Of a DNA stretch of 64,000 bases, positions 8,940-18,304 are shown piece after piece. Positions within the stretch are counted from its first letter, which is position 1. Each line of letters begins with the position of its first letter. The DNA lies in assembly GCA_003487265.1 (NCBI GenBank), contig DNEP01000001.1, positions 24,572 to 88,571 on the forward strand, given 5' to 3'. The position numbers and the translations under genes are program-made. The DNA is from Minisyncoccota bacterium. Lineage in GTDB: Bacteria; Patescibacteriota; Microgenomatia; UBA1400; UBA12028. The notes beneath the pieces were generated by a model that saw only the letters and a program-made list of their open reading frames with translations, was not told the origin of the DNA and searched no databases.

Positions 8940-10889
8940 ATGACAAACTCAGGCTTGTTATCGTTTTCCTCATCAATTCAGGATGTTCCTGGAGTTGGAG
9001 AAAAAACGGCGAACACGCTGGAAAAACTCGAGATCATTTCTGTTCAAGATTTGCTCTATCACATTCCATTTCGATATGAAGACTTTCGGGAGCAGAAGGC
9101 GATTGGGGCGGTGGAGGTCGGCGACAAGGTCACCGTTCGCGCGCAGGTACGAAGCATCACAAAGTTTTCCGCAAAAACGCGACACATCGAGATTATCCGC
9201 GCGGTGCTGGAAGATAGCTCGGGGAAAATCGAGGCGACATGGTTTAATCAGGCATATTTGCTTATGCAGTTGCGCAAAGGAAGTGAGGCGTTTTTTAGCG
9301 GAATGGTTGAGGAATTTCACGGAAAAAAGTCGCTGAATAATCCAGCAATTGAAAAGATAGAACACGAGGGGGTTGAGCAGCTTCACAGCGGTCGACTTGT
9401 GCCAATCTATCCTGAAACGCAGGGGATTACTTCACGCATGCTTCGCAAAATGATCGCGACAACATTTCCAAATATTAAGATCGTGGATTCTTTTTCTGAT
9501 CAGTTTTTACACGAGCATCACCTCCATTCATTGGCTGACAGCCTGAAATACCTTCACTTTCCAGATTCGCTCGACGACGTTTTTCGCTATCACAAACGTC
9601 TCGCGTTTGAAGAAGTGTTTGCGCTACTTCAACAATCGCAAGCAGAAAAACACAAGCGTTTATCAATGCGAGCAACGCCACTCAAGATGACGGTCCAGCA
9701 GCGACAACAATTCACCAACGCGCTCCCTTTTTCACTCACGCCAACTCAAACGCAAACCATCATGGATTGTGTGATGGATCTTTCGCAAACATATCCCGCA
9801 CAACGACTTATTCAAGGCGATGTTGGAGCGGGAAAAACAGTTGTCGCGGGATTCACGTTGTACACCTCTGCAATCAATCAACAAAAAGCGTTTTTGATTG
9901 CACCAACGCAAATTCTTGCACAACAACATGACAATTTTCTTACAAAAATCTTTTCTCTTTTGGGTATCAAAACACAACTTGTAATCGCGCAAACACAAAT
10001 CAATCTTGACGCTCAAATATATATCGGAACGCATGCGCTACTATCACAGATAGAAGCGCTACATCCAGCAGTAGTGGTTGTAGATGAAGAGCATCGATTT
10101 GGAGTGGAGCAACGCAACGCATTTGAAAAATCAAAACTAAAAACCAAGCCTCATGTTTTTACCATGACCGCAACACCAATTCCACGCACCGTAGCGCTCA
10201 CTTCGCTTTCACATCTCGACATCAGTACATTAGATATGATCGAATCAAAAAAACGAAAAGTGTTAACAAAACTCGTTTCAGAAAACAAACGAAAAAAAGC
10301 GTACGAATGGATCGATCAAAAATTAGCAGAAAATCAACAACTCATCGTGGTTTGTCCATTTATTTATGAATCAACACAACTTGATCGAATTGAGGTGAAA
10401 TCAGCCGAAAAAACATTTACTGAAATTTCGAAAGCGTTCCCAGATCGCAAAACCGCACTCATTCATGGAAAAGTTGCTCAGGATGAGCGAACAAAAATTC
10501 TGCAAGAAATGCATAACAAAAAAATCCAGATTCTCGTTGCAACCAGCATGATTGAGGTTGGCATTGATTTGCCCGATGCATCAATCATGATAATCGAAGG
10601 GGCGGAACGGTTCGGTCTTGCGCAGTTACATCAGTTGCGAGGTCGGGTGGGGAGAGCGGGTCAACAGGCGTACTGTTTTCTTTTCACCACAACCCCCGAG
10701 TTGCAATCCGATCGATTACAAAAGTTTTGCGAAATCACCGATGGAAATGAACTCGCGGAACTTGATTTACGATCTCGTGGATCCGGGGAAATTGTTGGCA
10801 CACGTCAACACGGGTGGAGTGGGATGCGGTTTGCATCGTTTTTCGATACTTCACTAATTGAGGAATGTAAAAACGCGCTTACTTCTTAG
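8940..10889 (+). CDS. recG: ATP-dependent DNA helicase RecG
   Basis: N-terminal wedge/OB region and the superfamily 2 helicase motifs GDVGAGKT, VVVDEEHRFG, MTATPIPRT and QLHQLRGRVGR. Confidence 0.9.
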   Translation: MTNSGLLSFSSSIQDVPGVGEKTANTLEKLEIISVQDLLYHIPFRYEDFREQKAIGAVEVGDKVTVRAQVRSITKFSAKTRHIEIIRAVLEDSSGKIEATWFNQAYLLMQLRKGSEAFFSGMVEEFHGKKSLNNPAIEKIEHEGVEQLHSGRLVPIYPETQGITSRMLRKMIATTFPNIKIVDSFSDQFLHEHHLHSLADSLKYLHFPDSLDDVFRYHKRLAFEEVFALLQQSQAEKHKRLSMRATPLKMTVQQRQQFTNALPFSLTPTQTQTIMDCVMDLSQTYPAQRLIQGDVGAGKTVVAGFTLYTSAINQQKAFLIAPTQILAQQHDNFLTKIFSLLGIKTQLVIAQTQINLDAQIYIGTHALLSQIEALHPAVVVVDEEHRFGVEQRNAFEKSKLKTKPHVFTMTATPIPRTVALTSLSHLDISTLDMIESKKRKVLTKLVSENKRKKAYEWIDQKLAENQQLIVVCPFIYESTQLDRIEVKSAEKTFTEISKAFPDRKTALIHGKVAQDERTKILQEMHNKKIQILVATSMIEVGIDLPDASIMIIEGAERFGLAQLHQLRGRVGRAGQQAYCFLFTTTPELQSDRLQKFCEITDGNELAELDLRSRGSGEIVGTRQHGWSGMRFASFFDTSLIEECKNALTS

Positions 10890-11853
10890 ATTTTCCCGCA
10901 ACTCGGGCGGCGATCAAGGTAGTAAGCGGTACCGCGGTAATCAAGCCAATGCTGCCAACAAGCGTACGCACGACTTCCTCCGCAATCAACTCGCTGTTGA
11001 GCATGAACCACCACGGTTGACCACTGTTTACAAACAACATTACAAGGGGAAGTGCCACACCCGTATACGCAAGAACAAGCGTGTTCACCATCGACGCAAT
11101 GTGATCGCGACCAACTTCCATCGCGTGATGAAATAATTGTTTCGGGGTCATGGTAGGTTTTGCCTCTTTCAACTCAAAAACAATTGCGGATTGTGAAATG
11201 GTAATGTCGTCTAAAACACCGAGCATACCAATCATGATTCCAGCAAGAAGTAATCCTTGAAAATTGATGCGATCTCCATTTTCAACTAATAAAAATCCCG
11301 CTTCCTCCGATGAAAGTCCTGTTAATCGCGAAAGTTCTACCGCAAGCATCGCAAGTAAGCCTGAAAAAAACAATGAAATCACCGTTGCGATAAGTGCAAC
11401 ATTTGTTTTCTTTCCAAATCCATGCGAAAGGAAAAATGTCACAGGAACAATAATCACCGAGGTCGCTACTGTGATGAAAAGTGGCTCAACACCTTTGAGC
11501 AACATTGGAAGCAAGAAAAACCAAATGATCAAAAAGGAAACTGCCATTCCAATTAATGAAAACAGTCCGCGAAATCGTCCGATAATCAAGGTGCAGAGAA
11601 AAAACGCCAGTCCTAGCCACCCAAGCGCGGGGACGCGGTACACATCGGTAATGAGGAAACGATCACCTTGATCGGATGGTTGTTTGGTTACAATGTAGGT
11701 TTGACCAAGTTCGAAGCGAGAGGTCTGTTTGTCATCAATCGCGTTCTCAGCCAACACAAAGCGCACCGCCCCCGCCTCGTCGATAATACGCACGCGAATT
11801 GCGCCGTTGGAATCAAGTGACTCGATCGTTGCGCGGTAGGACTGTTGGGACAT
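10879..11853 (-). CDS. YibE/F-family integral membrane protein
   Basis: N-terminal soluble segment then multiple TM helices. Conserved-looking GVLDDITISQSAIVFEL segment typical of YibE/F. Its last 11 nt overlap the end of recG (convergent genes). Confidence 0.5.
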   Translation of the reverse strand: MSQQSYRATIESLDSNGAIRVRIIDEAGAVRFVLAENAIDDKQTSRFELGQTYIVTKQPSDQGDRFLITDVYRVPALGWLGLAFFLCTLIIGRFRGLFSLIGMAVSFLIIWFFLLPMLLKGVEPLFITVATSVIIVPVTFFLSHGFGKKTNVALIATVISLFFSGLLAMLAVELSRLTGLSSEEAGFLLVENGDRINFQGLLLAGIMIGMLGVLDDITISQSAIVFELKEAKPTMTPKQLFHHAMEVGRDHIASMVNTLVLAYTGVALPLVMLFVNSGQPWWFMLNSELIAEEVVRTLVGSIGLITAVPLTTLIAARVAGKSKK

Positions 11854-11952
11854 ACTCCTAGTATATCGGTTTGGAGGGGAAAGGGAAGGAAGGGGGAAGT
11901 ATCTTCAAACTTTTTATAAAATAAACTGTTATCTAAATGCTAAAATACCTGT

Positions 11953-13524
11953 ATGCCCGTCAATTCACAAGAACTTCGCAATGACAGCAATCTTGAGTGG
12001 ATGCGGTGGCGCGAATATTTTCATGACGGGTACAGTCGAGTTGAAGAGCTACTTCAATTTCTAGCATTTCTTGATGAGATTGAGGCTAAACCCTTTTCAA
12101 TCGTTGAGCTCAATAAACTGCGATACTTTAAAATCGCACTTGCTGAACCCGCTCTTCGCACGCGCGTTTCTGAATTGGTACATCAACTCATCTGTGAAGA
12201 AAAGTTTCCTCAATTACGTGAGATGCAAGCGTTTGTCCTTTTGCTTTCAAATTGGAACACACTTTCTCCCGAGCAACGCATTTTTCTTCAAAAAGAATAC
12301 ACCACTCCTATTGTGTATGACGATTTTACTGTCATTCCAAACTTGGGAATTCCCACAAGTTCAACTGGGTGGACCTGCGGCGAAATGGAAGAAAAGATGA
12401 TGAGTTCTCATCGACATGTATTGATAGGAAAAAGGCTTTCATTAAAACGAAGCGGGACGAAGGCAACGATCACAGATTCCATTATTGTCGCAAAAAATGG
12501 TGCAATTTTAATCCCATATATGTGGTACGGTCCCGATCAACACTTTCTAGAGCATCTCACACAATTACAACTTCCAAAAACCGTTAGTTACCTCGACAAA
12601 GCATCCGCTTTCCCGAAACTAGGATTGCAAGTCATGCGAAACAGTCCCATTACATTGAACGATGAGGGTTGGCATCCAACATCCAACATGAGAATGATCA
12701 ATCATTTTCGTAATCCTGAAACGGGACTATCAAAATTGCTCGATCGCGACGCAATTGAGAAAGCAGTGTTGAAAAATCCATCGCTTGGGCAACTTGTTAT
12801 TGACTCTTTTGTAACTAAACTCTGCAAACATCCTCTTTTAACTGAAGAAACGCTTCTTCATAGAAAAGTGGGAAGAGATTTTCTCGAAAAGACTCTATCT
12901 GAAAAAGGATTTTCTCCAGATCAATATATCGCAATTCCTGTGGGATCAACTCTTTGGACAACAAGTGAGCAGTCTGATCACGATTTTTTGATGATTTGGC
13001 TTACTGAAAGGATTCCATATGAACTCGAACTTCCAAAAACACCTCACATTGATTTCCAACAACAGACAACCTATATCGATCTATTGGAAAATGAATGGCA
13101 AATTGAACCATTCCTTCATCTTTTTTTAGTTCCCGATGAACTTCTCATTGGAAATATTCCGAGAGCAAGAAAGCTCCGAAAGATACTTCTCTCGATGATG
13201 GTTGTTCGCGAAAACGATGCGACTTGGGTCATCGAACCAAGTCAGTGGGATTTTTATATCAGCAATCGTGTAGAAAACATCAAATCTTGGGGAACATCTC
13301 ATGAAAAAAGAATCGAAAGATATCAGCAAGCTCTTAGAGCTCGCGCTGATCAATCAAGAAATCCAGACTATGTATCCGATTGGGAACATAAATTACGAAT
13401 GCTTCGCACGCCCACTTTGCGCACATTTCTTATGGCGATGACTTTTGGTGATGGATCGATCCATCTCCGTCCTCAGCGACTCGATATCATTCGACCACAG
13501 CGAGAAATCAATAATATCCCCTGA
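11953..13524 (+). CDS. Hypothetical protein (523 aa) with no motif I recognise
   Basis: Long ORF with uniform coding look and no TM segments. Confidence 0.4.
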   Translation: MPVNSQELRNDSNLEWMRWREYFHDGYSRVEELLQFLAFLDEIEAKPFSIVELNKLRYFKIALAEPALRTRVSELVHQLICEEKFPQLREMQAFVLLLSNWNTLSPEQRIFLQKEYTTPIVYDDFTVIPNLGIPTSSTGWTCGEMEEKMMSSHRHVLIGKRLSLKRSGTKATITDSIIVAKNGAILIPYMWYGPDQHFLEHLTQLQLPKTVSYLDKASAFPKLGLQVMRNSPITLNDEGWHPTSNMRMINHFRNPETGLSKLLDRDAIEKAVLKNPSLGQLVIDSFVTKLCKHPLLTEETLLHRKVGRDFLEKTLSEKGFSPDQYIAIPVGSTLWTTSEQSDHDFLMIWLTERIPYELELPKTPHIDFQQQTTYIDLLENEWQIEPFLHLFLVPDELLIGNIPRARKLRKILLSMMVVRENDATWVIEPSQWDFYISNRVENIKSWGTSHEKRIERYQQALRARADQSRNPDYVSDWEHKLRMLRTPTLRTFLMAMTFGDGSIHLRPQRLDIIRPQREINNIP

Positions 13525-13532
13525 AGACCCTC

Positions 13533-13561
13533 TTGCCATCTTGCGGGATCTGGCATACAAT
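13533..13561 (+). promoter_or_regulatory. Sigma70-like promoter (TTGCCA-N17-TACAAT) upstream of rpmF
   Basis: TTGCCA at 13533-13538, a 17-nt spacer, then TACAAT at 13556-13561, about 10 nt before the rpmF ATG. Confidence 0.35.
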
Positions 13562-13570
13562 ACCTCAACT

Positions 13571-13771
13571 ATGGGACCACTTCCAAAACGAAGACACTCG
13601 AAATCTCGTGCGGGCAAGCGCCAAAGCCAGATTCGTCCACCAAAATTGACACTTGTTGTCTGTAAATCGTGTGGTGCGAAAAAGTTGCCTCACACAGAAT
13701 GCCCCGAATGCCACGCTTACGGCTCACCGGCAGCAATACGAGCTGAATCGGCAGCAAAAAAGACCGCATAA
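13571..13771 (+). CDS. rpmF: 50S ribosomal protein L32
   Basis: MGPLPKRRHSKSRAGKRQSQ...CKSCGAKKLPHTECPECHAYG matches the L32 pattern (MAVPKRR.SK.R...R..H, CxxCG...H..C..CG.Y). The ORF-track start at 13445 is an artefactual N-terminal extension. Confidence 0.8.
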   Translation: MGPLPKRRHSKSRAGKRQSQIRPPKLTLVVCKSCGAKKLPHTECPECHAYGSPAAIRAESAAKKTA

Positions 13772-13778
13772 CGACATC

Positions 13779-14210
13779 ATGAACTTGCCTGCCAGTACCC
13801 CTCTCGACCCACGACACATCCGTCGGACCGCACTTGTAAAAGAGGCGTTTTGTCTAGGATTTTCTGGTGCAGATCGAAAAAATATTCGAAAAACAAAAAC
13901 GATTCGCCCCCTTTTAGATCGAGTAGAGGAGATTGACGCGCGCATTCAACTCAGCGCGCCGACATTCCCCCTTCATGAATTAAATAAAATTGACCTTGCA
14001 ATTCTTCGCGTGGGCGTGTATGAATTGATAGAGGGAAAGACTCCAGAGAAAGTTGTGATCAACGAGGCTGTTGAAATTGCGAAAGAATTTGGAGCCGAGA
14101 GTTCGTCGAAGTTTGTAAATGGCGTCCTCGCGGCAATTGCAAAGCAACAACATCAACAAACACCACAACACATCTCAGAAGCGTCTTCCACCCCTCAAAC
14201 AACGCTGTAA
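13779..14210 (+). CDS. nusB: Transcription antitermination factor NusB
   Basis: NKIDLAILRVGVYELIEGKTPEKVVINEAVEIAKEFGAESSSKFVNGVLAAI is a typical NusB core. Start chosen at MNLPAS...; the long ORF-track N-terminus overlaps rpmF. Confidence 0.8.
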   Translation: MNLPASTPLDPRHIRRTALVKEAFCLGFSGADRKNIRKTKTIRPLLDRVEEIDARIQLSAPTFPLHELNKIDLAILRVGVYELIEGKTPEKVVINEAVEIAKEFGAESSSKFVNGVLAAIAKQQHQQTPQHISEASSTPQTTL

Positions 14211-14228
14211 CTGCACGAAGGAACAAAT

Positions 14229-14492
14229 ATGGATCAAACCGCCCAGTCCATCTATAAACGTATTGCTGAAATTGTAAGCGAAGTCACGGGGTCAGAGCTT
14301 TCTGATGTCACCCCTTCGGCTGATCTGCATGAGGATCTTGGCATGTCGGAGATAGAGATCGCGATGCTTGTTTCTCATATTGAAGATGAGTTTGAGATAC
14401 TCCTCCCCAAACGTGAGGTAAAGCGCATGATGAACGTATTTGAACCAGTCCGCGTTGCGAATTTGGTGGAACTCGTGCTCGAAGAAGTATAG
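14229..14492 (+). CDS. Acyl carrier protein-like small acidic protein
   Basis: 87 aa and acidic. DLGMSEIEIAMLVSHIEDEF aligns to the ACP phosphopantetheine-site helix ([20 protein letters not shown]). Position between rpmF/nusB and rnc mirrors the acpP neighbourhoods of other bacteria. Confidence 0.5.
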   Translation: MDQTAQSIYKRIAEIVSEVTGSELSDVTPSADLHEDLGMSEIEIAMLVSHIEDEFEILLPKREVKRMMNVFEPVRVANLVELVLEEV

Positions 14493-14505
14493 AAAACGTA
14501 TACAT

Positions 14506-15216
14506 ATGACACCCACGCTCCCCGATATTCACTCACCATTGCTTCAAAATCAAGTGTGGATTCATCGATCAGCCTTAAATGAGACCGCAGAAGTTGAGGA
14601 ATCGAATGAACGACTTGAGTTTTTGGGCGACGCAGTGCTAGAACTCGCGTGTTCGCGCTACCTCTTCGAACAGTTTCCTCAAGAACCCGAAGGAATGCTC
14701 ACCGCATTACGATCTTCGCTGGTAAAAACCACAACACTCGCCGATATGGCACGAAAATTCGAGATGGGTCAACTCATTCACATGAGCAAAGGTGAGGAAA
14801 AAACGGGCGGAAGAGAAAATGCGTCCATCCTCGCGGATACGTTTGAGGCATTTCTTGGCGCGCTGTACCTCGATCAAGGTTTTGAGCCGGTCGATGCGTT
14901 TTTGCGTGACTGTTTATTTCCATTGGCCTCCGAGATTCGCGCACTTCGACTCGAAAAAGACGACAAGAGCATGCTTCAAGAGTATTTACAGGCCCGAAAA
15001 CTCCCGCTACCGGTCTACAAGGTGATACGAGAAGAGGGTATGGAACATCAAAAGACGTTTACGATGACGGTTGAGGTTGGAAAAGAGGTTTTTGCTCAAG
15101 AAACGGGAAGAAATAAGCAAGAAGCACAACAACGATGCGCGCGTAAAGCGCTCGAAAAACTCACACAACACGACACCCCATCCTTGCACCTCGATCAAAA
15201 AGAATCACTTGAGTAA
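14506..15216 (+). CDS. rnc: Ribonuclease III
   Basis: RNase III signature ERLEFLGDAVLE and the catalytic DTFEAFLGALYLD segment. C-terminal dsRBD (KSMLQEYLQARKLPLPVY...QQRCARKALEKL). Confidence 0.9.
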   Translation: MTPTLPDIHSPLLQNQVWIHRSALNETAEVEESNERLEFLGDAVLELACSRYLFEQFPQEPEGMLTALRSSLVKTTTLADMARKFEMGQLIHMSKGEEKTGGRENASILADTFEAFLGALYLDQGFEPVDAFLRDCLFPLASEIRALRLEKDDKSMLQEYLQARKLPLPVYKVIREEGMEHQKTFTMTVEVGKEVFAQETGRNKQEAQQRCARKALEKLTQHDTPSLHLDQKESLE

Positions 15217-15266
15217 CGAATCGAGGTGTGATACACTTGCTACTCAAACTTTGAAGGAGAAAACGT

Positions 15267-15509
15267 ATGGTTAAGCTAAAATTGGTTCGCACTGGTCGAA
15301 AACGCGTCTACACCTACCGTATTGTGGTGGCAGAGGCGAAAAGCAAGATAAACGGGAAATATATCGACCTCCTTGGACATTACAACCCATCTTCAACACC
15401 AAAAGAGATCGTTCTTGATCTTGTAAAGTACGACGCATGGGTAAAAAAAGGCGCTCAGCCAACGACAACGGTTGCAAGCCTCGCAAAAAGAATGGCAATC
15501 AAAAAATAA
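15267..15509 (+). CDS. rpsP: 30S ribosomal protein S16
   Basis: MVKLKLVRTGRKRVYTYRIVVAEAKSKINGKYIDLLGHYNP is a typical S16 N-terminus. Confidence 0.9.
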   Translation: MVKLKLVRTGRKRVYTYRIVVAEAKSKINGKYIDLLGHYNPSSTPKEIVLDLVKYDAWVKKGAQPTTTVASLAKRMAIKK

Positions 15510-15527
15510 AGGCTTCATTCAAAGACT

Positions 15528-15803
15528 ATGAAATCTCTTCTTGAATACATTGTGAATCACCTCGTTGATCATCCCGAAGATGTGATGATTGAGGAACGCG
15601 AAGCGGAAGGTGTAAAAACCTACATCATTCACGCACACGCCGAAGATCTCGGAAAAATCATTGGAAAACAGGGACATATCATTTTTGCCATTCGAACACT
15701 CGCAAAGGTTCGTGCAGTCAAAGAAGGTATTTTGGTTCGTGTTGAGGTTGCTGAATCAGCGCCTCTTGAGACATCCGAGGCCGTTGGTTCCGAAGCGATC
15801 TAA
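15528..15803 (+). CDS. KH-domain RNA-binding protein (YlqC/UPF0109-like)
   Basis: KH core GKIIGKQGHIIFAIRTL. The gene sits directly after rpsP, as in the rpsP-ylqC arrangement of Firmicutes. Confidence 0.75.
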   Translation: MKSLLEYIVNHLVDHPEDVMIEEREAEGVKTYIIHAHAEDLGKIIGKQGHIIFAIRTLAKVRAVKEGILVRVEVAESAPLETSEAVGSEAI

Positions 15804-15835
15804 TTTTTTTCGACACTATTTTTCTCGTTAAATTT

Positions 15836-16669
15836 TTATCTCTCAAACGGATTTTCTTTTCCCGCAGATTGTGATGCCTCAAGCGCCTGAAGAATCTCAT
15901 TCATATTCACGATTTCCTTCACCGATCGAAGCGTTTTTGCAAAATCGTTGAGTTCGGCACGCAATATTGGTAATGTGTCACCGGTTAACTCGGGAATTGT
16001 GTCCATATAAAATGCAGACACCGTGAGTTTTGAAAGAAAAACCTTTCCAGATTCCGAACTTTCTTTTTCGGTATTTACACCTTCGATTGTTTTTCCAATC
16101 GATGTTTTTGACGATTTTCCCGAGCCTAATTCAATCTTTTCAAGATCGAAAACAGGCGCGATTTTCTGCATTTCGCCGATGTATGTTTGCACTTGTTCTG
16201 CTGTTCCCATAAGTGTAATTTCAAGCGCGAGTTTTGAAACTTCCTCACGACGTTTTTGAGTATTGAGCGATGCTTCATCTGTTGATACCAATCCTGGGGA
16301 GACGGAGATTCCAACAAATCGAACTCCCGTTTGATCGGCGAGTTTTTGTAATGAGTACATACTAATGAGGAAAGGTTTCGACGATGGGAGAAGGGAGTGA
16401 ATCTGCGCGCGTAACTGTTGGTACTCTTCGGTATTAAATTGATCTAAAAATGCGATTCTCGATTGTAATGTGGAAAGATCAGACTGTTGTTTTTTAAGTT
16501 CAGATTGATACGAACGGAACAACTCGAAGCGGGGGAGCATCACTTTCCACACCAAAAGTCCCATCACCACCCAAGCCAATACCGAAAAAAGAAGATATCT
16601 GCGATCACGAAAATTGTTTGCTCGTAGTGCTGAAGTGGTTTTTGCTGAAGATGATGGAAGTATCGGCAT
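15836..16669 (-). CDS. pilO: Type IV pilus assembly protein PilO
   Basis: Single N-terminal TM helix followed by coiled-coil and a periplasmic domain. Last gene of the pilM-pilN-pilO run. Start set at the internal Met (MPILPSS) so it abuts the pilN stop; the ORF-track start at 16843 would overlap pilN by 170 nt. Confidence 0.6.
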   Translation of the reverse strand: MPILPSSSAKTTSALRANNFRDRRYLLFSVLAWVVMGLLVWKVMLPRFELFRSYQSELKKQQSDLSTLQSRIAFLDQFNTEEYQQLRAQIHSLLPSSKPFLISMYSLQKLADQTGVRFVGISVSPGLVSTDEASLNTQKRREEVSKLALEITLMGTAEQVQTYIGEMQKIAPVFDLEKIELGSGKSSKTSIGKTIEGVNTEKESSESGKVFLSKLTVSAFYMDTIPELTGDTLPILRAELNDFAKTLRSVKEIVNMNEILQALEASQSAGKENPFER

Positions 16670-16670
16670 G

Positions 16671-17249
16671 TTATTTTCCTTTTTTCTCGGTTGGAACGGA
16701 GTAGGAGAGTTGACCAGTAATGGTGTACATTCCATCGCCTTTTCGCGAAAAATTCTGCATTGATACCGTGTATTTTTTCTTATCAATCGAGTCTGCGCGC
16801 AATGCGCGAAATGTTTCGATAAACGCAAAAACATCGTTTGCATTGATTACGTACGATAGTGATCGCGACTCGTTTTTCAGGGTGAGATCGGTAAGTACAC
16901 TGCCTTGTTTCACCAACGACTGGAGAAACCGCACCGCGTCTTGTTTTGCAACGCGCTCTTGGTTCATCGAAAAAAGATACGTGACTTTTTGCGCGTAAAT
17001 CACATAATCAAGTTGAATCGCTCTCTTCGATTGCAGTGTTTTTTTGGCCACCTCGATTTGTTTTTTGGCGTTCTCGATTTTATTTTGTAAATACCACGAT
17101 CCTCCCATAACACCGATTAAGAGAACCATAAACATTCCCAAGCCAACCGAGGTAAAAAATGAAATCTGCTTATCTCTGCGCAACTGTCTTTCAAGTTCGC
17201 GTTCGCGGTCACGTAAAAAATTGATGGAAGGAGTTACGGGCATATTCAT
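16671..17249 (-). CDS. pilN: Type IV pilus assembly protein PilN
   Basis: Short cytoplasmic N-terminus with INFLRDRERE and a single TM helix, as in PilN. Its start overlaps the pilM stop by 4 nt. Confidence 0.65.
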   Translation of the reverse strand: MNMPVTPSINFLRDRERELERQLRRDKQISFFTSVGLGMFMVLLIGVMGGSWYLQNKIENAKKQIEVAKKTLQSKRAIQLDYVIYAQKVTYLFSMNQERVAKQDAVRFLQSLVKQGSVLTDLTLKNESRSLSYVINANDVFAFIETFRALRADSIDKKKYTVSMQNFSRKGDGMYTITGQLSYSVPTEKKGK

Positions 17250-18295
17250 AGAACACCCTCAAGCGCATAGCCAAAACTCACAACGTACGATGGAATATCC
17301 GCGGGAAGCACCTTGACTGTTGGCGCAAAAACCATTTGTGATGGAATGAAGGGAGCAATTTCAACTTGGAACTGCTCTGCGAGAATCGCCGAGATCGAGT
17401 TCATCGCCGATCCACCTCCTGCTACCAGTATCTTTTGCACAGTTGCACCCTTAAATGATCCAGAAAAATACTGCATCGCTTTTTGCATTTCGTTCATGAA
17501 CGGTTGAAAAATTGGCATCATTGCTTGTTTAATTTTCCCTTCGAGCTGCGTCTCATCCATGCCGTAGGTTCGTTTGTATTCCTCGGCTTGTGAAGCGGAA
17601 AGCCCCAAACCACGTTCAATGGCGCGACTGAGCACCGCACCACCGTTGGGATACGAATACGTGAACGCGAGTTCGTGGTTGTGCACCACAACCATATCGG
17701 TGGTGGTTGCGCCGATGTTCACGATCAGCGTGGTGGGGAGTGTGTGATCCAAGTTCGCGAGTCGAAAAATCGACATCGTCTGCGTGCCTAATGAGCGCAC
17801 ATCAAGACCAGCTTGATAAAATAAATCAACATAACTCGTGACAAATGTCTTTGAAACGCCAATCATGAGCACACGCATTTTTTGCGAGGGATCGTTTTTT
17901 GGTGGGCGATACAACACTTGATATTCCAACTGAAGATCGTCTGCGGGAATGGGAATGTACTGTTCTGCCTGCCATCCAACCGCCGAGGAAAGTTCTTGAT
18001 CGGAAAGATGGGGCATTTCTACGATTTTTGTTGAAACAAACGCCTCGGGAAGTCCAACATGCACTTCTCCAGAAGGAATAGTTTGATCCTTTATCATGTG
18101 CTTGAGAAGTTCGACAAATCGATCGCGGTCGGCTTGTTGCGATGGAATCACCAGTCCAAGCGGATTGGCGATCATTGATGCGCGCTCAACGATGAACGCA
18201 TTTTTTTGCTGTCGCAACGCAACCGTTTTTATCGAGTATGTTCCGACATCTAATCCAATATGTAATCCCATGGGCAGTCCTTTACCTATCATCAT
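17246..18295 (-). CDS. pilM: Type IV pilus assembly ATPase-like protein PilM (actin-like fold)
   Basis: GLDVGTYSIKTVAL start and an actin/FtsA-like phosphate motif series (IGATTTDMVVV, LVAGGGSAM). Position upstream of pilN-pilO. Confidence 0.75.
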   Translation of the reverse strand: MMIGKGLPMGLHIGLDVGTYSIKTVALRQQKNAFIVERASMIANPLGLVIPSQQADRDRFVELLKHMIKDQTIPSGEVHVGLPEAFVSTKIVEMPHLSDQELSSAVGWQAEQYIPIPADDLQLEYQVLYRPPKNDPSQKMRVLMIGVSKTFVTSYVDLFYQAGLDVRSLGTQTMSIFRLANLDHTLPTTLIVNIGATTTDMVVVHNHELAFTYSYPNGGAVLSRAIERGLGLSASQAEEYKRTYGMDETQLEGKIKQAMMPIFQPFMNEMQKAMQYFSGSFKGATVQKILVAGGGSAMNSISAILAEQFQVEIAPFIPSQMVFAPTVKVLPADIPSYVVSFGYALEGVL

Positions 18296-18304
18296 AGCAA
18301 ACGT

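Noticed and set aside
13445-13771. 108-aa version of the rpmF ORF starting at 13445
   Set aside because: The first 42 residues overlap the preceding gene and are not L32-like. The L32 homology begins at the internal Met (13571), which is also preceded by a good promoter.
13653-14210. 185-aa version of nusB starting inside rpmF
   Set aside because: NusB homology begins near MNLPAS (13779). The upstream 42 codons overlap rpmF in another frame.
14440-15216. 258-aa version of rnc starting inside the ACP-like gene
   Set aside because: RNase III homology starts after the internal Met at 14506. The extension overlaps the ACP-like gene.
16671-16843. Long N-terminal extension of pilO overlapping pilN by 170 nt
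   Set aside because: The internal Met at 16669 gives a PilO-like N-terminus (short cytoplasmic segment plus TM) and a 1-nt spacing to the pilN stop. The extension is basic, low-complexity sequence.
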